This document shows positions 1-9,794 of a stretch of DNA of 64,000 bases, piece by piece. This stretch comes from Candidatus Omnitrophota bacterium. Lineage in GTDB: Bacteria; Omnitrophota; Gorgyraeia; Zapsychrales; JAHFFX01. The stretch is from contig JAHFFY010000001.1 in NCBI GenBank assembly GCA_023247705.1, positions 97,358-161,357 of the forward strand. The letters run 5' to 3'. The position numbers and the translations under genes were made by a program. Each line of letters starts with the position of its first letter. Within the stretch, counting starts at the first letter, position 1. The notes below the pieces were generated by a model. The model saw only the letters and a list, made by a program, of their open reading frames with translations, searched no databases and was not told the origin of the DNA.

Positions 1-1094
1 CGGATAGCGCCGCTGATCGGATTATTGGTATAGACGCGGTAGCCGTTGATACGAAAATTTTTGATTTTGTAAACCATGAACGTTCGCATGATTGCCGCGG
101 CGATAACGGTTGGGCCATAGCTGCAATAAGCCCCTCCATCCGCAATAACTTCACCGGAAATGGCCATCAGGGTTCCGTCTTTTTTGATGCCTGATTTTAA
201 TTTGTAGAGCATCGCGTGTTTCCGTCGGGAAAATGAAAATTCTTCTTCGCGCGAATAGGTTATTTTAACCGGCAGTCCACCGCATTTACGGGATAACAGA
301 CAAACTGCAAAATCCATGGGAAGCATTTCTAATTTTCCGCCGAACCCTCCACCAACGGCAAGTTTAATAACGCGGACGTCATTTAAATCCATTTTTAAAC
401 ATTTCGCCAAGGCCTCCCGGCATTTAAACGGGGCCTGACTTGAAGACCATAATGTGATTTTATTTGAAAATGTTTCGAATTGTCCAACGCAAACATGTGG
501 TTCTAATGCAGCATGAGCTGCTGCTTGGGAGTAAAAAATGTCTTCACGAACATAATCCGATTCTTTCAGGGCGCGGTCGACATTACCGAAATTAACTGGT
601 AGGATAACCGCAATATTATTCATCGCTTCATGAATTTGCGGTGCGCCTGGTTTCATGGCTTCGACCATATCAAAAACCGCTGGAAGGATTTCATACTGAA
701 CATCGATCAATTTTAATGCTTCTTCGGCTGTCTCTTCATCCACCGCCGCGACAGCGCCTATTTCATCGCCGATATAACGTACTTTATCCGATTCCAGGGC
801 TTGTTGATCGACTGTATGCGGGAAAAAATATTCATTGGATCCAAATTTGATAAGATAGGTATCCTTGGCGGTGATAATGGCTTTGACGCCGGGTAATACC
901 TCGGCTTTAGAGGTATCGATACTGAGAATACGCGCATGCGGATGGGGACTGCGCAACATTTTTCCGACCAGCATATTGGGAAAACTGACGTCGAACGCAT
1001 ATTTCGCCTGACCGGTCACGATCCCTTTTCCGTCGATACGCGGGACGCTTTTTCCAACCGGATTGACGTAGTTTTTATTGATTCGTGTGATCAT
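1..1094 (-). CDS. Xanthine dehydrogenase family molybdopterin-binding (large) subunit, N-terminal part; runs off window start
   Basis: Not in ORF track. Hand translation from ATG at 1094 is open to the edge: VGKSVPRIDG..VTGQAKYAFD..LRSPHPHARI, KVRYIGDEIGAV, HAALEPH, VGGGFGGK, DGGAY, YTNNPISGAIR. Confidence 0.92.
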   Translation of the reverse strand, partial: MITRINKNYVNPVGKSVPRIDGKGIVTGQAKYAFDVSFPNMLVGKMLRSPHPHARILSIDTSKAEVLPGVKAIITAKDTYLIKFGSNEYFFPHTVDQQALESDKVRYIGDEIGAVAAVDEETAEEALKLIDVQYEILPAVFDMVEAMKPGAPQIHEAMNNIAVILPVNFGNVDRALKESDYVREDIFYSQAAAHAALEPHVCVGQFETFSNKITLWSSSQAPFKCREALAKCLKMDLNDVRVIKLAVGGGFGGKLEMLPMDFAVCLLSRKCGGLPVKITYSREEEFSFSRRKHAMLYKLKSGIKKDGTLMAISGEVIADGGAYCSYGPTVIAAAIMRTFMVYKIKNFRINGYRVYTNNPISGAI

Positions 1095-1109
1095 AAATTT
1101 TATCGCTAA

Positions 1110-1622
1110 TTAATGATTGATAAGATTCGTTTGTGTGAGATGAACGGAATTTAATTTGTTCTCTTGTTCTTCCATTTTCTGTCCGGCGGCACGGATGGCA
1201 TCAAAAATTTTAAGGTATCCGGTACACCGGCAGAGATTTCCATCTAGGGCATATTCGATATCTTCCTGGGTCGGGCGGTGATTTTGGTCCAATAATGCCT
1301 TGGAAGACATAATCATTCCCGGAATACAAAAACCGCATTGAACGGCACCGTGATCCAAAAACGATTGTTGAACCGGGTGAAGGTTTTCTCCTTCGCTTAC
1401 CCCTTCGATTGTCGTAATCTCGTCTCCTTCAAGACTGTTTGCTAAAGTGATACAGGACAGGACAGCTTTTTGATTGATGATCACCGTACATGCCCCGCAC
1501 TCTGACTCGGTGCAACTCGTCTTGGTTCCCGTCATGCCGAGCTGATCGCGCAAAACCTCAAGAAGGGTTTCGTGACCTTTCAAATCGACTTCAACCAGTT
1601 TTTTATTGATTTTTAGTATCAT
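1110..1622 (-). CDS. XDH/CoxS-family (2Fe-2S)-binding small subunit
   Basis: GTKTSCTESECGACTV, SCIT, QCGFCIPG and GNLCRCTGY motifs. Confidence 0.95.
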   Translation of the reverse strand: MILKINKKLVEVDLKGHETLLEVLRDQLGMTGTKTSCTESECGACTVIINQKAVLSCITLANSLEGDEITTIEGVSEGENLHPVQQSFLDHGAVQCGFCIPGMIMSSKALLDQNHRPTQEDIEYALDGNLCRCTGYLKIFDAIRAAGQKMEEQENKLNSVHLTQTNLINH

Positions 1623-2473
1623 AGTTTTTTTCTCCTCTGGACTAACTCTAAAATGGCATTTTTAATACAAACGCGAAACATCGATTTTTTATAGTCATCA
1701 CTACGCGTATCGTAGATACTCAGATCGAGATGGTTTAATGCTTCACTAGCGATGCTTTCCTCGATCTCAGATTTATTCAAAAATTCCTCAAGAATTATAT
1801 CACGTTTTGCGAAAACGGTTCCACTATTTATAACGACTTTTGTTTGCTGGAAACGTTCATCGGTCAAGGTCGATCGAATACATGCGCCTAATAACGGAAC
1901 ATCAACCTCGGACAGTTTCTTGACACGCTGATAGCTCAGTTGACATTTTTTGTCGCGTTTAATGGAGAGGTGCGTGAGCAAATTGTTTGTTTTTGCACCC
2001 TTATTAAAAAATTCTTCAACGGTGACTTCCTCTTTTGTATTGGATCCGACAAAATGCATTTTGGTATCTAATGCGATGAGCGGCGCACCTAATTCGGTCC
2101 ATGTATAACGGCTGGTTAAATTTCCTCCTACCGTCGCCATATTGCGGATTAGATTCGTCGAGATGTTGCGGCAAACTTTTTTGAGAATTGCAAAATTATC
2201 GGTTAAGTGCGGCGAATTGTATAAATCTGTAATACTGGTCATTGATTTGATCGTGAGCGTTTCCGGATCAGTCGTGATCCCTTTTAACTCTGCAATCTTA
2301 CGTAGACTGATAATATTCGGGACCGTTTTCATCCCTTTTTTCTTAAGCAATTTGAGGCTGTTTAATAAAAATGTTCCACCGGCCAGTAAGCGGCATTCTC
2401 CCAATGATGAATAAAGAGACAAGGCTTCGGACACAGTTTGCGGTGAGTAAAAATTGATCGGATTTAATAACAT
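1619..2473 (-). CDS. XDH/CoxM-family FAD-binding medium subunit
   Basis: LLAGGT and IRNMATVGGNL motifs; 4-bp overlap with small subunit gene. Confidence 0.92.
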   Translation of the reverse strand: MLLNPINFYSPQTVSEALSLYSSLGECRLLAGGTFLLNSLKLLKKKGMKTVPNIISLRKIAELKGITTDPETLTIKSMTSITDLYNSPHLTDNFAILKKVCRNISTNLIRNMATVGGNLTSRYTWTELGAPLIALDTKMHFVGSNTKEEVTVEEFFNKGAKTNNLLTHLSIKRDKKCQLSYQRVKKLSEVDVPLLGACIRSTLTDERFQQTKVVINSGTVFAKRDIILEEFLNKSEIEESIASEALNHLDLSIYDTRSDDYKKSMFRVCIKNAILELVQRRKKL

Positions 2474-2528
2474 ATTCTGAAAGAAAATTTATGGGTATAA
2501 TCAAAATCCTTCTCGAGAAACACCTATA

Positions 2529-2556
2529 ATTATACCAGCAAAGTGTTGCTTGGCAA
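2529..2556 (-). promoter_or_regulatory. Putative sigma70 promoter of the XDH-family operon
   Basis: Minus strand TTGCCA-N16-TATAAT with TGn extended -10. Confidence 0.65.
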
Positions 2557-2639
2557 GAAATAATACCGATAAGTTATGGAGAGGAATTTTTGGAAATTAG
2601 CATTCATTTTAGAGATTACTGGGAGGTAAAACAAACCGT

Positions 2640-3581
2640 TTAGGCGTGATGTAAATACCTTTCCGCATCCAGAGCGGCCATGCATCCGGACCCGGCAGAT
2701 GTGATCGCCTGTCGATAAATTTTGTCTTGGACATCTCCACAGGCAAAAACGCCTTCGATGCTTGTTTTTGTTGATCCGGGTGTGGTTTTGATATAGCCCG
2801 TTTCATCTAAAGTCAACTGTCCATCGAGAAAAGCGGTATTAGGCAGATGTCCGATTGCATAAAACAGGCCGTTCGCTTCTAAAATAGACTCTTGGTTTGT
2901 TTTGACATTTTTTACTTTTAAACTTGTAAGAGATTTTTCTCCCACCACTTCTGTCAAGACCGTGTTCCAAATGACCTCGATTTTTTTGTTTGAGAACAGA
3001 CGTTCTTGCATTGTTTTCGACGCCCGAAGCGTATCGCGGCGGACTAGGAGAATGACTTTGCTTGCGTATTTTGTTAGAAAAGTGGATTCCTCAACCGCGG
3101 AATCACCTCCCCCAACAACGACCAAGATTTTATTGCGGAAAATCGGCAAGGCCCCATCGCAGACCGCACAGGCGGAAATCCCTTTTTGCCAAAGACGATT
3201 TTCTCCCGGAACAAACATGCGCTTGGCGGTCGCTCCGGTGGCAATGATAATGGTCTTCGTTTTTGTTACTTGAGAACCGCAAAAAACTTTAAAAAGTTTT
3301 TCCTTGAGATCAATTTTGTCAACTGTTACGGTTTCAATCCGGGCACCGCATTTGATCGACTGGTCGCGCATGCGTTCCATCAATTCCGGCCCCAGGATCC
3401 CTTTGGGGAATCCCGGATAATTTTCGACCTCGGTTGTCGTCGTCAACTGCCCCCCGGCCGCAACACCTGCGGCAACGAGACCTTCAAAGATTAATGGATT
3501 CAACTTAGCTCGCCCGGCATAAATCGCCGCTGTGTGGGCTGCTGGTCCTGAACCAATGATGATTAGATTTTCCATAGGCAT
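2640..3581 (-). CDS. trxB: Thioredoxin-disulfide reductase
   Basis: [51 protein letters not shown]. Confidence 0.97.
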   Translation of the reverse strand: MPMENLIIIGSGPAAHTAAIYAGRAKLNPLIFEGLVAAGVAAGGQLTTTTEVENYPGFPKGILGPELMERMRDQSIKCGARIETVTVDKIDLKEKLFKVFCGSQVTKTKTIIIATGATAKRMFVPGENRLWQKGISACAVCDGALPIFRNKILVVVGGGDSAVEESTFLTKYASKVILLVRRDTLRASKTMQERLFSNKKIEVIWNTVLTEVVGEKSLTSLKVKNVKTNQESILEANGLFYAIGHLPNTAFLDGQLTLDETGYIKTTPGSTKTSIEGVFACGDVQDKIYRQAITSAGSGCMAALDAERYLHHA

Positions 3582-3683
3582 GTCTTTTCCATCTGCTCAT
3601 CGTTATGGAAGACCCCTGCTATTTCTTTTTAGGAATCATTGCGAAACAACAGGGGTTGCCACAAAATTTGATGGAATTTATTT

Positions 3684-4601
3684 TTAAATTTGAAATCGAT
3701 CTAATATTTTCGCGCGAGGTTTTTTTTCAGCGCTGTCACGCAGTTTATGCAGGATATCGTCATAACACGCTTTCGCGGAATTTTGATAGAAAAGACCAAA
3801 ATACCGTCTCTCACTGCTGGCGTATTTAAACGCGCCCTCCAAACTCGTCGGATCATGCTCCACGACCTCTGTTTTTTCCGCCAACCGTTTATCCGGAGTG
3901 ATCCCTTTTTCATGCTTTAAGAAAGAAAACCAGCTCGACGTTTTATAATCAAACGCATTGGGATCATAATGAGGGCATCGTTGGGAGATATGGACAAACG
4001 AAAATCCTTTATGCTGAAAGGCTGCTGCAATTGTGCTCGCAAGATGATCCGGCATCCAATCAGCGGTGCTGGCGACAAATGAAGCCCCTGCCCCTAAAAC
4101 CAGGGTCAACGGGTTTAACGGATCCAGATAAGTTCCGCTCGGTTGGGTGTTGGTGGGATGTCCTTTACGTGTCGTCGGAGATGTTTGGCTTTTGGTCAGG
4201 GCATAAAGTTCATTATCAAACAGAAGGAAAACACAGTTAAAATTTTTATTAATGCCATGAACGAGATGGTTCCCTCCGATACTGAGCGCGTCGCCGTCTC
4301 CGGATTCAATGAAGATATCCAGATCAGGTCTGGCTAATGCTAATCCTAAGGCCACCGTAATCGGACGGCCGTGAATCGAATGAACGCCGTAGGTGTTGAT
4401 ATAATTCGGGGCCCGGCCGGAACATCCGATCCCGGAGACATGCACGGTCAGATGCGGCTGCAACTGTCGATCAACCATAAACCGTTTAATGCCCATCAGG
4501 ATCCCATAGTCCCCGCAGCCTGCACACCAGCGCGGGTTATCGGTATTCAATGATTTGACTGTGACCGGTTCAGCGGATTTATTTTCAACATGAGTACTCA
4601 T
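3684..4601 (-). CDS. 2-oxoacid:ferredoxin oxidoreductase beta subunit (TPP-binding)
   Basis: WCAGCGD, SGIGCSGR, HGR, GDGDALSIGGNH, DNELYALTK.Q.SPT. Confidence 0.95.
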   Translation of the reverse strand: MSTHVENKSAEPVTVKSLNTDNPRWCAGCGDYGILMGIKRFMVDRQLQPHLTVHVSGIGCSGRAPNYINTYGVHSIHGRPITVALGLALARPDLDIFIESGDGDALSIGGNHLVHGINKNFNCVFLLFDNELYALTKSQTSPTTRKGHPTNTQPSGTYLDPLNPLTLVLGAGASFVASTADWMPDHLASTIAAAFQHKGFSFVHISQRCPHYDPNAFDYKTSSWFSFLKHEKGITPDKRLAEKTEVVEHDPTSLEGAFKYASSERRYFGLFYQNSAKACYDDILHKLRDSAEKKPRAKILDRFQI

Positions 4602-6406
4602 GATAATAACTCCTTTACTTGTTCCATAATAATTCTTGGTCTTAAGGGTCGTCCGGTTGCCTTGGCAATCATGGGTTGCACATCAATCAAGGTCTCCGCG
4701 CGTAAAAGCATCGCCAATGGAGAAAGTTTGAATTCATCGCCATACGCTAATTCAACGGTGACGACCTTTTTAAATTTTGAGAAAATTTCTTTAATCATCA
4801 ATGGAAACGGATAAACAATTTTGAAATGAATCCCAGAGGCTGGAATTCCTTGGGCGCGACAACTATTAATTGCCTCTTCGATAGCTCCGCGGCTGCTTCC
4901 CCACCCCACAATAAGAATGTTTCCTTGCTCTGGACCGAACATTTCCGGTTTCGTTAAGGCCTTGCGGACTTCATGGATCTTGGAGTTACGGATCGCGTGG
5001 GCGCGTTGACTGGTTTTGGAAAAATAATTGATTTGTCCCAAATGATCTGAATTAAGACCAGTCACCCGTCGCATCCCCTGGAGATCGCCCGGCGCCGCTT
5101 GGTTATCGCGGACCATCTCGATATTGGCTGGTAAACGGCTCATGTGGAAACGTTCGAGGACAAAATCCTGAATATCATCCACATTATTCATTTCGGTGAC
5201 TTTTGGTTTATCGATGACCTTGTAACTATTTGCCGTCTGGAAATCGCTCATCAGCATGACCGGAACACGTAATTTTTCAGTCAGATAGCGGGCCATCTGC
5301 GGGGCGTAAAAACAGTCAATGACATTGGCGACACTTAAAATAACCTTCGTATTGTCTCCATGGTTTCCAAATAAGACTGCGGGAAGATCCGATTGTTCGG
5401 TCTTCGTAGGCATCCCAGTTGATGGTCCTGATCTCTGGGCATCGATCACAATTAACGGAATTTCAGCCGCCGTAGCGTATCCGATAAATTCTTGTTTCAA
5501 AGAAAGCCCTGGACCAGACGTACAGGTAATGGCAGGAACTCCGCCGAAATAGGATCCGATGGCTGTTCCGATTGCCGCAATTTCGTCTTCAGCCTGATGG
5601 ACAAGCCCTCCATAGGACGGAAAAACTTTCGCCAGCGTGTGCATGATCGATGAGGCCGGCGTGATCGGATATCCGGAAAAAAGCTTAATCCCAGCATCAA
5701 TGATCCCCATGCTTAATGAAGTATTTCCGTCAATTAGAATTTTTTCAGTCTGACTTGGTACTCCAGCGACTTCAATGGAAAAAAGGATATTGGCTTTCGC
5801 ATAGTCGTACCCATTTTCATAGATTTTGATGTTCTTTGAAAGTATTTCTTCTTTTAATTTTTTCCCAAAAGTTTTATTGATTTCCGCGATCACGATTTCT
5901 TTGGGCATGTTATAAATCGAGCTTAACATCCCTAAATAATACATATTCTGTCCGGAATTACTGAGGCTTTGGATCAAGGCCTTGGATTCGGCCGTGATTT
6001 CGAAGGGATAAGTCGAGATTCCCATTTTAGTCAAACGTTTACAAACCTTCTCATAAGATTCTTCATTGGCCGGTTTGTCCCCCATATCCAAAAGGACGCG
6101 ACAGTTCACGTTAGTCTCTTCATCGTCAATCCTGCGATCCAGGACGATCTCATGCGACGCGAGAATAATGTCCGTGTCGTTTCCAATGTTCGTGATATCG
6201 AAATCGGCCAGACGGATAATGACCCCGGAAAGGGCCGGCCGTGTTCTGGGCGGTGGACTGATTTCTGCTGGGATCATGGGCTCGATATAAACATATTTTC
6301 CCATTTTGGCAAACGCCGTGATTAAAATATCACCTGCTTTTTGAGCTCCGAAGCCAGCATCCATCAGTAACTCAAAACGCGAGATTTTCTTTTTCTCAAC
6401 TGACAT
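4598..6406 (-). CDS. 2-oxoacid:ferredoxin oxidoreductase alpha subunit (fused gamma-alpha type)
   Basis: GYPITPAS, QAEDEIAA, TSGPGLSL, QRSGPSTGMPTKTEQSD, GWGSS. Confidence 0.95.
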   Translation of the reverse strand: MSVEKKKISRFELLMDAGFGAQKAGDILITAFAKMGKYVYIEPMIPAEISPPPRTRPALSGVIIRLADFDITNIGNDTDIILASHEIVLDRRIDDEETNVNCRVLLDMGDKPANEESYEKVCKRLTKMGISTYPFEITAESKALIQSLSNSGQNMYYLGMLSSIYNMPKEIVIAEINKTFGKKLKEEILSKNIKIYENGYDYAKANILFSIEVAGVPSQTEKILIDGNTSLSMGIIDAGIKLFSGYPITPASSIMHTLAKVFPSYGGLVHQAEDEIAAIGTAIGSYFGGVPAITCTSGPGLSLKQEFIGYATAAEIPLIVIDAQRSGPSTGMPTKTEQSDLPAVLFGNHGDNTKVILSVANVIDCFYAPQMARYLTEKLRVPVMLMSDFQTANSYKVIDKPKVTEMNNVDDIQDFVLERFHMSRLPANIEMVRDNQAAPGDLQGMRRVTGLNSDHLGQINYFSKTSQRAHAIRNSKIHEVRKALTKPEMFGPEQGNILIVGWGSSRGAIEEAINSCRAQGIPASGIHFKIVYPFPLMIKEIFSKFKKVVTVELAYGDEFKLSPLAMLLRAETLIDVQPMIAKATGRPLRPRIIMEQVKELLS

Positions 6407-6488
6407 CTCTTCAACCTCTTTTTAATTTGTTAATAGTTAAATAAAATTACTTTTTTGATCCTTAATTAAAATTTTCTATATGGATGTT

Positions 6489-6516
6489 ACTATAACACGT
6501 TGCAATCTTTTCGCAA
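6489..6516 (-). promoter_or_regulatory. Putative sigma70 promoter of the oxidoreductase operon
   Basis: Minus strand TTGCGA-N16-TATAGT with TGn. Confidence 0.55.
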
Positions 6517-6715
6517 CACTAAAAAATCAATTTTAGGCATTCATGCATGAGCGTTATTCTATTCGGAAGATTTGAATTCAGACCGAAGATCCAAAGGATT
6601 TTAATACTTTGGGAGAAGGAAAATAACTTGTTCTAACAGCGATGAGCGATCTGGGGAAACTAGCTTGCAATTTATAAGACCCCTTCCATATTCCGAAGTG
6701 ATCATGACTCCCGTA

Positions 6716-7807
6716 TTATGCCTTCAGTTGTGGACGTAATTCTTTCAAAGTTTTCATAAAAGACTGATTCTCTTCAATTTTGAAATTATTTTTCCCTTCT
6801 TCTTCCTTTAATATTTCTTCCACTGAATAATCGGATTTAATAACAAATCCAGCGTCTTTAATCATCCGCAGGGTTCTCGCCCGGGAAGATCCCTTGGTAT
6901 TCAGATAACCATCAAGGAACAGAGAATTCGCTGGATAAAGAGCCATCACCTCCATACTTCTTAAATGCCCCTCTCTACCGGCGGCGACACGCAGCTCGGA
7001 GTCAGGGTTTAAAAATCGGTATAAGCACAAAATGCGCAGGCAATATTCTGGGGTTAAATGAGAAAATTTTTTAACGGTATTGCCTTCAATCGGAATTAAA
7101 TAATTGACCGGGATCGATTTGACCCCTAAACGTCGTAAATTTTTCGCAACCTCAATGACATCCGCCACCTCTTCTCCCATCCCAACAATAATTCCGGAGC
7201 ACAATTCGATCCCGGCCGCTTTGGCCGAAGTTAGGGTGTTGAGACGGTCTTGAAAAGTGTGTGTTGTGCAAATGTTGGGATAGTTGCGTTCGGAGGTGTT
7301 CAGATTATGATTAAGCCGATCGAGGCCGGCTTCTTTCAACTTTTTGGCTCCCTGATCCCCAATGAGTCCAGCCGAGATACAAACCTGGATTGGATACCGT
7401 GATTTGATTTCCTTCACGAGGGTACATAGGACATCGATTCGTCTGGGAGACGGGCCTCTGCCCGCGAAAACCATGCAATAGCGAAACGCCCCTGATTCAT
7501 AGGCGCGTTTGGCTTCCGACAAGATTTCTTCATCGGCTTTTAACGGGTATTCTTCTATATTCGCCTTTGAGGTTTTCGCCTGCGCGCAATAATGACAATC
7601 CTCGGGACAAAAGCCGTTCTGGGCATTATTGATAATGTGCACCATGACTTCTTTCCCTCGGAAGTGTTTTCGCACCTGATAGGCGGCATCTAAAAGCGGT
7701 AATAATTCTATTTCCTGAGAGGTCAAGATGCGATGGGAATGTTCATCCGAAAGGATCTCGCTTTTCAAACTTTTTTCGACCAACTCTTCGTAAATGATCC
7801 GATTCAT
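6716..7807 (-). CDS. bioB: Biotin synthase
   Basis: Radical SAM CPEDCHYCAQ, NHNLNTS, CSGIIVGMGE, SIPVN, RVAAGRE, ANSLFLDGYL. Confidence 0.96.
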   Translation of the reverse strand: MNRIIYEELVEKSLKSEILSDEHSHRILTSQEIELLPLLDAAYQVRKHFRGKEVMVHIINNAQNGFCPEDCHYCAQAKTSKANIEEYPLKADEEILSEAKRAYESGAFRYCMVFAGRGPSPRRIDVLCTLVKEIKSRYPIQVCISAGLIGDQGAKKLKEAGLDRLNHNLNTSERNYPNICTTHTFQDRLNTLTSAKAAGIELCSGIIVGMGEEVADVIEVAKNLRRLGVKSIPVNYLIPIEGNTVKKFSHLTPEYCLRILCLYRFLNPDSELRVAAGREGHLRSMEVMALYPANSLFLDGYLNTKGSSRARTLRMIKDAGFVIKSDYSVEEILKEEEGKNNFKIEENQSFMKTLKELRPQLKA

Positions 7808-7861
7808 ATGGTTTCCAATATATGTTTATACAGGTTATTTCCTTAAAAAATAAACAGGCCC

Positions 7862-7890
7862 ATTGTAATATAAAAAATATAATAAAGCAA
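7862..7890 (-). promoter_or_regulatory. Putative sigma70 promoter of bioB
   Basis: Minus strand TTGCTT-N17-TACAAT; back-to-back with the divergent promoter. Confidence 0.55.
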
Positions 7891-7892
7891 TA

Positions 7893-7921
7893 TTGGACAT
7901 CAGATGACTTGATGTTAAAAT
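7893..7921 (+). promoter_or_regulatory. Putative sigma70 promoter of the GT9/GT2 pair
   Basis: TTGGAC-N17-TAAAAT with TGn; ATG 11 nt downstream. Confidence 0.55.
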
Positions 7922-7932
7922 AATTTTCACAG

Positions 7933-8973
7933 ATGAAGACTTTTTATATCTTAATCATTAAATTTGGGGCTACGGGCGACGTCTTGAGGACAACGACGAT
8001 CCTCCACGGATTAAAACGGGAATATCCTCAAGCCCATATCACTTGGATTGTTGAGGATAAACGGTCTTTCGATCTCCTTAAAAATAATCAGTTTATCAAT
8101 AATCTCGTCAGTTATGAAGCGATCAGGTTGATTCCTTTCAAAGATGAAAAATTCGATTTATTGATTTCCTTAGATGAGGATCCCCATGCCTTAGCTCTCG
8201 CGAGCGCGACCAATGCCAAAGAGAAATTGGGATACGGTCTCGATGAACAAGGGCAGATTAAAGCGTTTAATCCAGAGAGTCAATATGCCTTCCAGCTTCG
8301 CATTTCGGATGATTTAAAATTCAGAAAAAATCAAAAAACCTATCAACAAATCATCTTTGAAATGGCCCGTTTGCATTACAAACGGGATCCTTATATTTTA
8401 GCGATTGACCGTCGCGATAAAACGTATGCCGAACAGATTTTGAAGAATTTCGGTGTTGCTCATGGGGAGTTGGTGATTGGTCTCAATACGGGTGCTGGAC
8501 CCCGATTTGCGTTTAAGTCATGGACAGTTAAAGGTTATCTCGGCCTTGTTCATCGACTCAAAGAACAGCTCAAATGTAAAATTATGTTATTAGGCGGCCC
8601 AGAAGAAGAACAAAAAAATCGGGAAATTGTAAACCAATGTAAAGACTTGGTCTTGGCCCCGGGCACGCACCATTCCATCACTCAATTCGCGGCTCTTGTG
8701 GACCAGTGTCATCTGATTGTCAGTGGCGATACCGTTGGGATGCACATTGGAATTGCGCTAAAGAAATCAGTGATTGCTATATTCGGACCGACTTGTCCGC
8801 AGGAAATCGATCTTTATGACCGCGGGATTAAAATCGTTTCGCCCATTGAATGCGCTCCCTGTTACAAAAATTTTTGTGATTTCAAAGTGACCTGCATGGA
8901 TAAAATTTTAATTGACGACGTTTATAACGCGATTTGCAAATTACTTCCGCAAGAAGCCAAACCCAAGATATGA
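7933..8973 (+). CDS. Glycosyltransferase family 9 (heptosyltransferase-like)
   Basis: IIKFGATGDVLRTT, IGLNTGAG..K.W, SGDTVGMHIGIAL, AIFGPT, CAPCY..C. Confidence 0.92.
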   Translation: MKTFYILIIKFGATGDVLRTTTILHGLKREYPQAHITWIVEDKRSFDLLKNNQFINNLVSYEAIRLIPFKDEKFDLLISLDEDPHALALASATNAKEKLGYGLDEQGQIKAFNPESQYAFQLRISDDLKFRKNQKTYQQIIFEMARLHYKRDPYILAIDRRDKTYAEQILKNFGVAHGELVIGLNTGAGPRFAFKSWTVKGYLGLVHRLKEQLKCKIMLLGGPEEEQKNREIVNQCKDLVLAPGTHHSITQFAALVDQCHLIVSGDTVGMHIGIALKKSVIAIFGPTCPQEIDLYDRGIKIVSPIECAPCYKNFCDFKVTCMDKILIDDVYNAICKLLPQEAKPKI

Positions 8974-9719
8974 AATCAATCGTTGTAATCCCAACTTACA
9001 ATGAAAAGGCCAATATTGAACCTCTTCTTAAAGAAATATTGACACTGGTTCCGGATATTCATGTCTTGGTCGTTGATGACAGTTCTCCCGATGGCACAGC
9101 TGAATTGGTCCATCAACTTCAGTCATCCGATTCGAGAATCCATTTGATGGTGAGAAAAAGCGCGCGTGGACGGGGTTTGGCGGGAATTGCCGGTTTTCTA
9201 TATGCGATCGAGAACAATTTTGACTATATCATTGAAATGGATGCAGACTTTTCCCATTCCCCTCACGACATCCCCCGCTTTTTGGCTGAAATCAAAATTT
9301 TTGATATTGTGATCGGATCAAGGAATATTCCTGGAGGAAAAATCCTTAACCGTCCGCTGATCAGGGATGTGATCTCTTGCCTGGCAAATCTTTATATCCG
9401 CTTGGTATTACGGTTACCCATATACGATTGCAGTTCCGGTTTCCGCTGTTTCCGCAAGGAAGTCCTTGCATCTATCCATCTGGAAGAAATGGTCTCTGTT
9501 GGCCCATCGATACTTGAAGAAATCCTTTATGCCTGTCAGCAACGCCGGTATAAATTCAAGGAAATTCCAATTACTTTCCACGATCGCAAAGAAGGGCAAT
9601 CAAAACTGACCTTAGAGAAAATATTGAACACATTTTATGTGATCACCCTGATTCCTTTTAAAGGAAAATCCGTCGAAAAACCGTCAAAATCCAGAAAAAA
9701 GATAGCCCTAGAAAGATAA
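8970..9719 (+). CDS. Polyprenol monophosphomannose synthase-like GT2
   Basis: VVIPTYNE, VVDDSSPDGT, EMDADFSH, DCSSGFRCFR, F.DR..G.SK; ATG at 8970 overlaps the upstream stop (ATGA). Confidence 0.92.
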   Translation: MKSIVVIPTYNEKANIEPLLKEILTLVPDIHVLVVDDSSPDGTAELVHQLQSSDSRIHLMVRKSARGRGLAGIAGFLYAIENNFDYIIEMDADFSHSPHDIPRFLAEIKIFDIVIGSRNIPGGKILNRPLIRDVISCLANLYIRLVLRLPIYDCSSGFRCFRKEVLASIHLEEMVSVGPSILEEILYACQQRRYKFKEIPITFHDRKEGQSKLTLEKILNTFYVITLIPFKGKSVEKPSKSRKKIALER

Positions 9720-9728
9720 TTTATTTTC

Positions 9729-9756
9729 TTGCTTTTTCCGTAATATCCGGTATAGT
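9729..9756 (+). promoter_or_regulatory. Putative sigma70 promoter of the 618-aa gene
   Basis: TTGCTT-N16-TATAGT. Confidence 0.5.
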
Positions 9757-9794
9757 ATTAGCTAGTTGCCGAGGAGGATTAAGGCACTTTCCGT

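Noticed and set aside
6427-6444. Rex operator upstream of the oxidoreductase operon
   Set aside because: TTGTTAATAGTTAAATAA has several mismatches to TTGTGAA-N4-TTCACAA in very AT-rich DNA.
7808-7932. BirA operator upstream of bioB
   Set aside because: TGTTTA-N22-TAAACA is present but does not fit the TGTAAAC-N14-16-GTTTACA half-sites or spacing.
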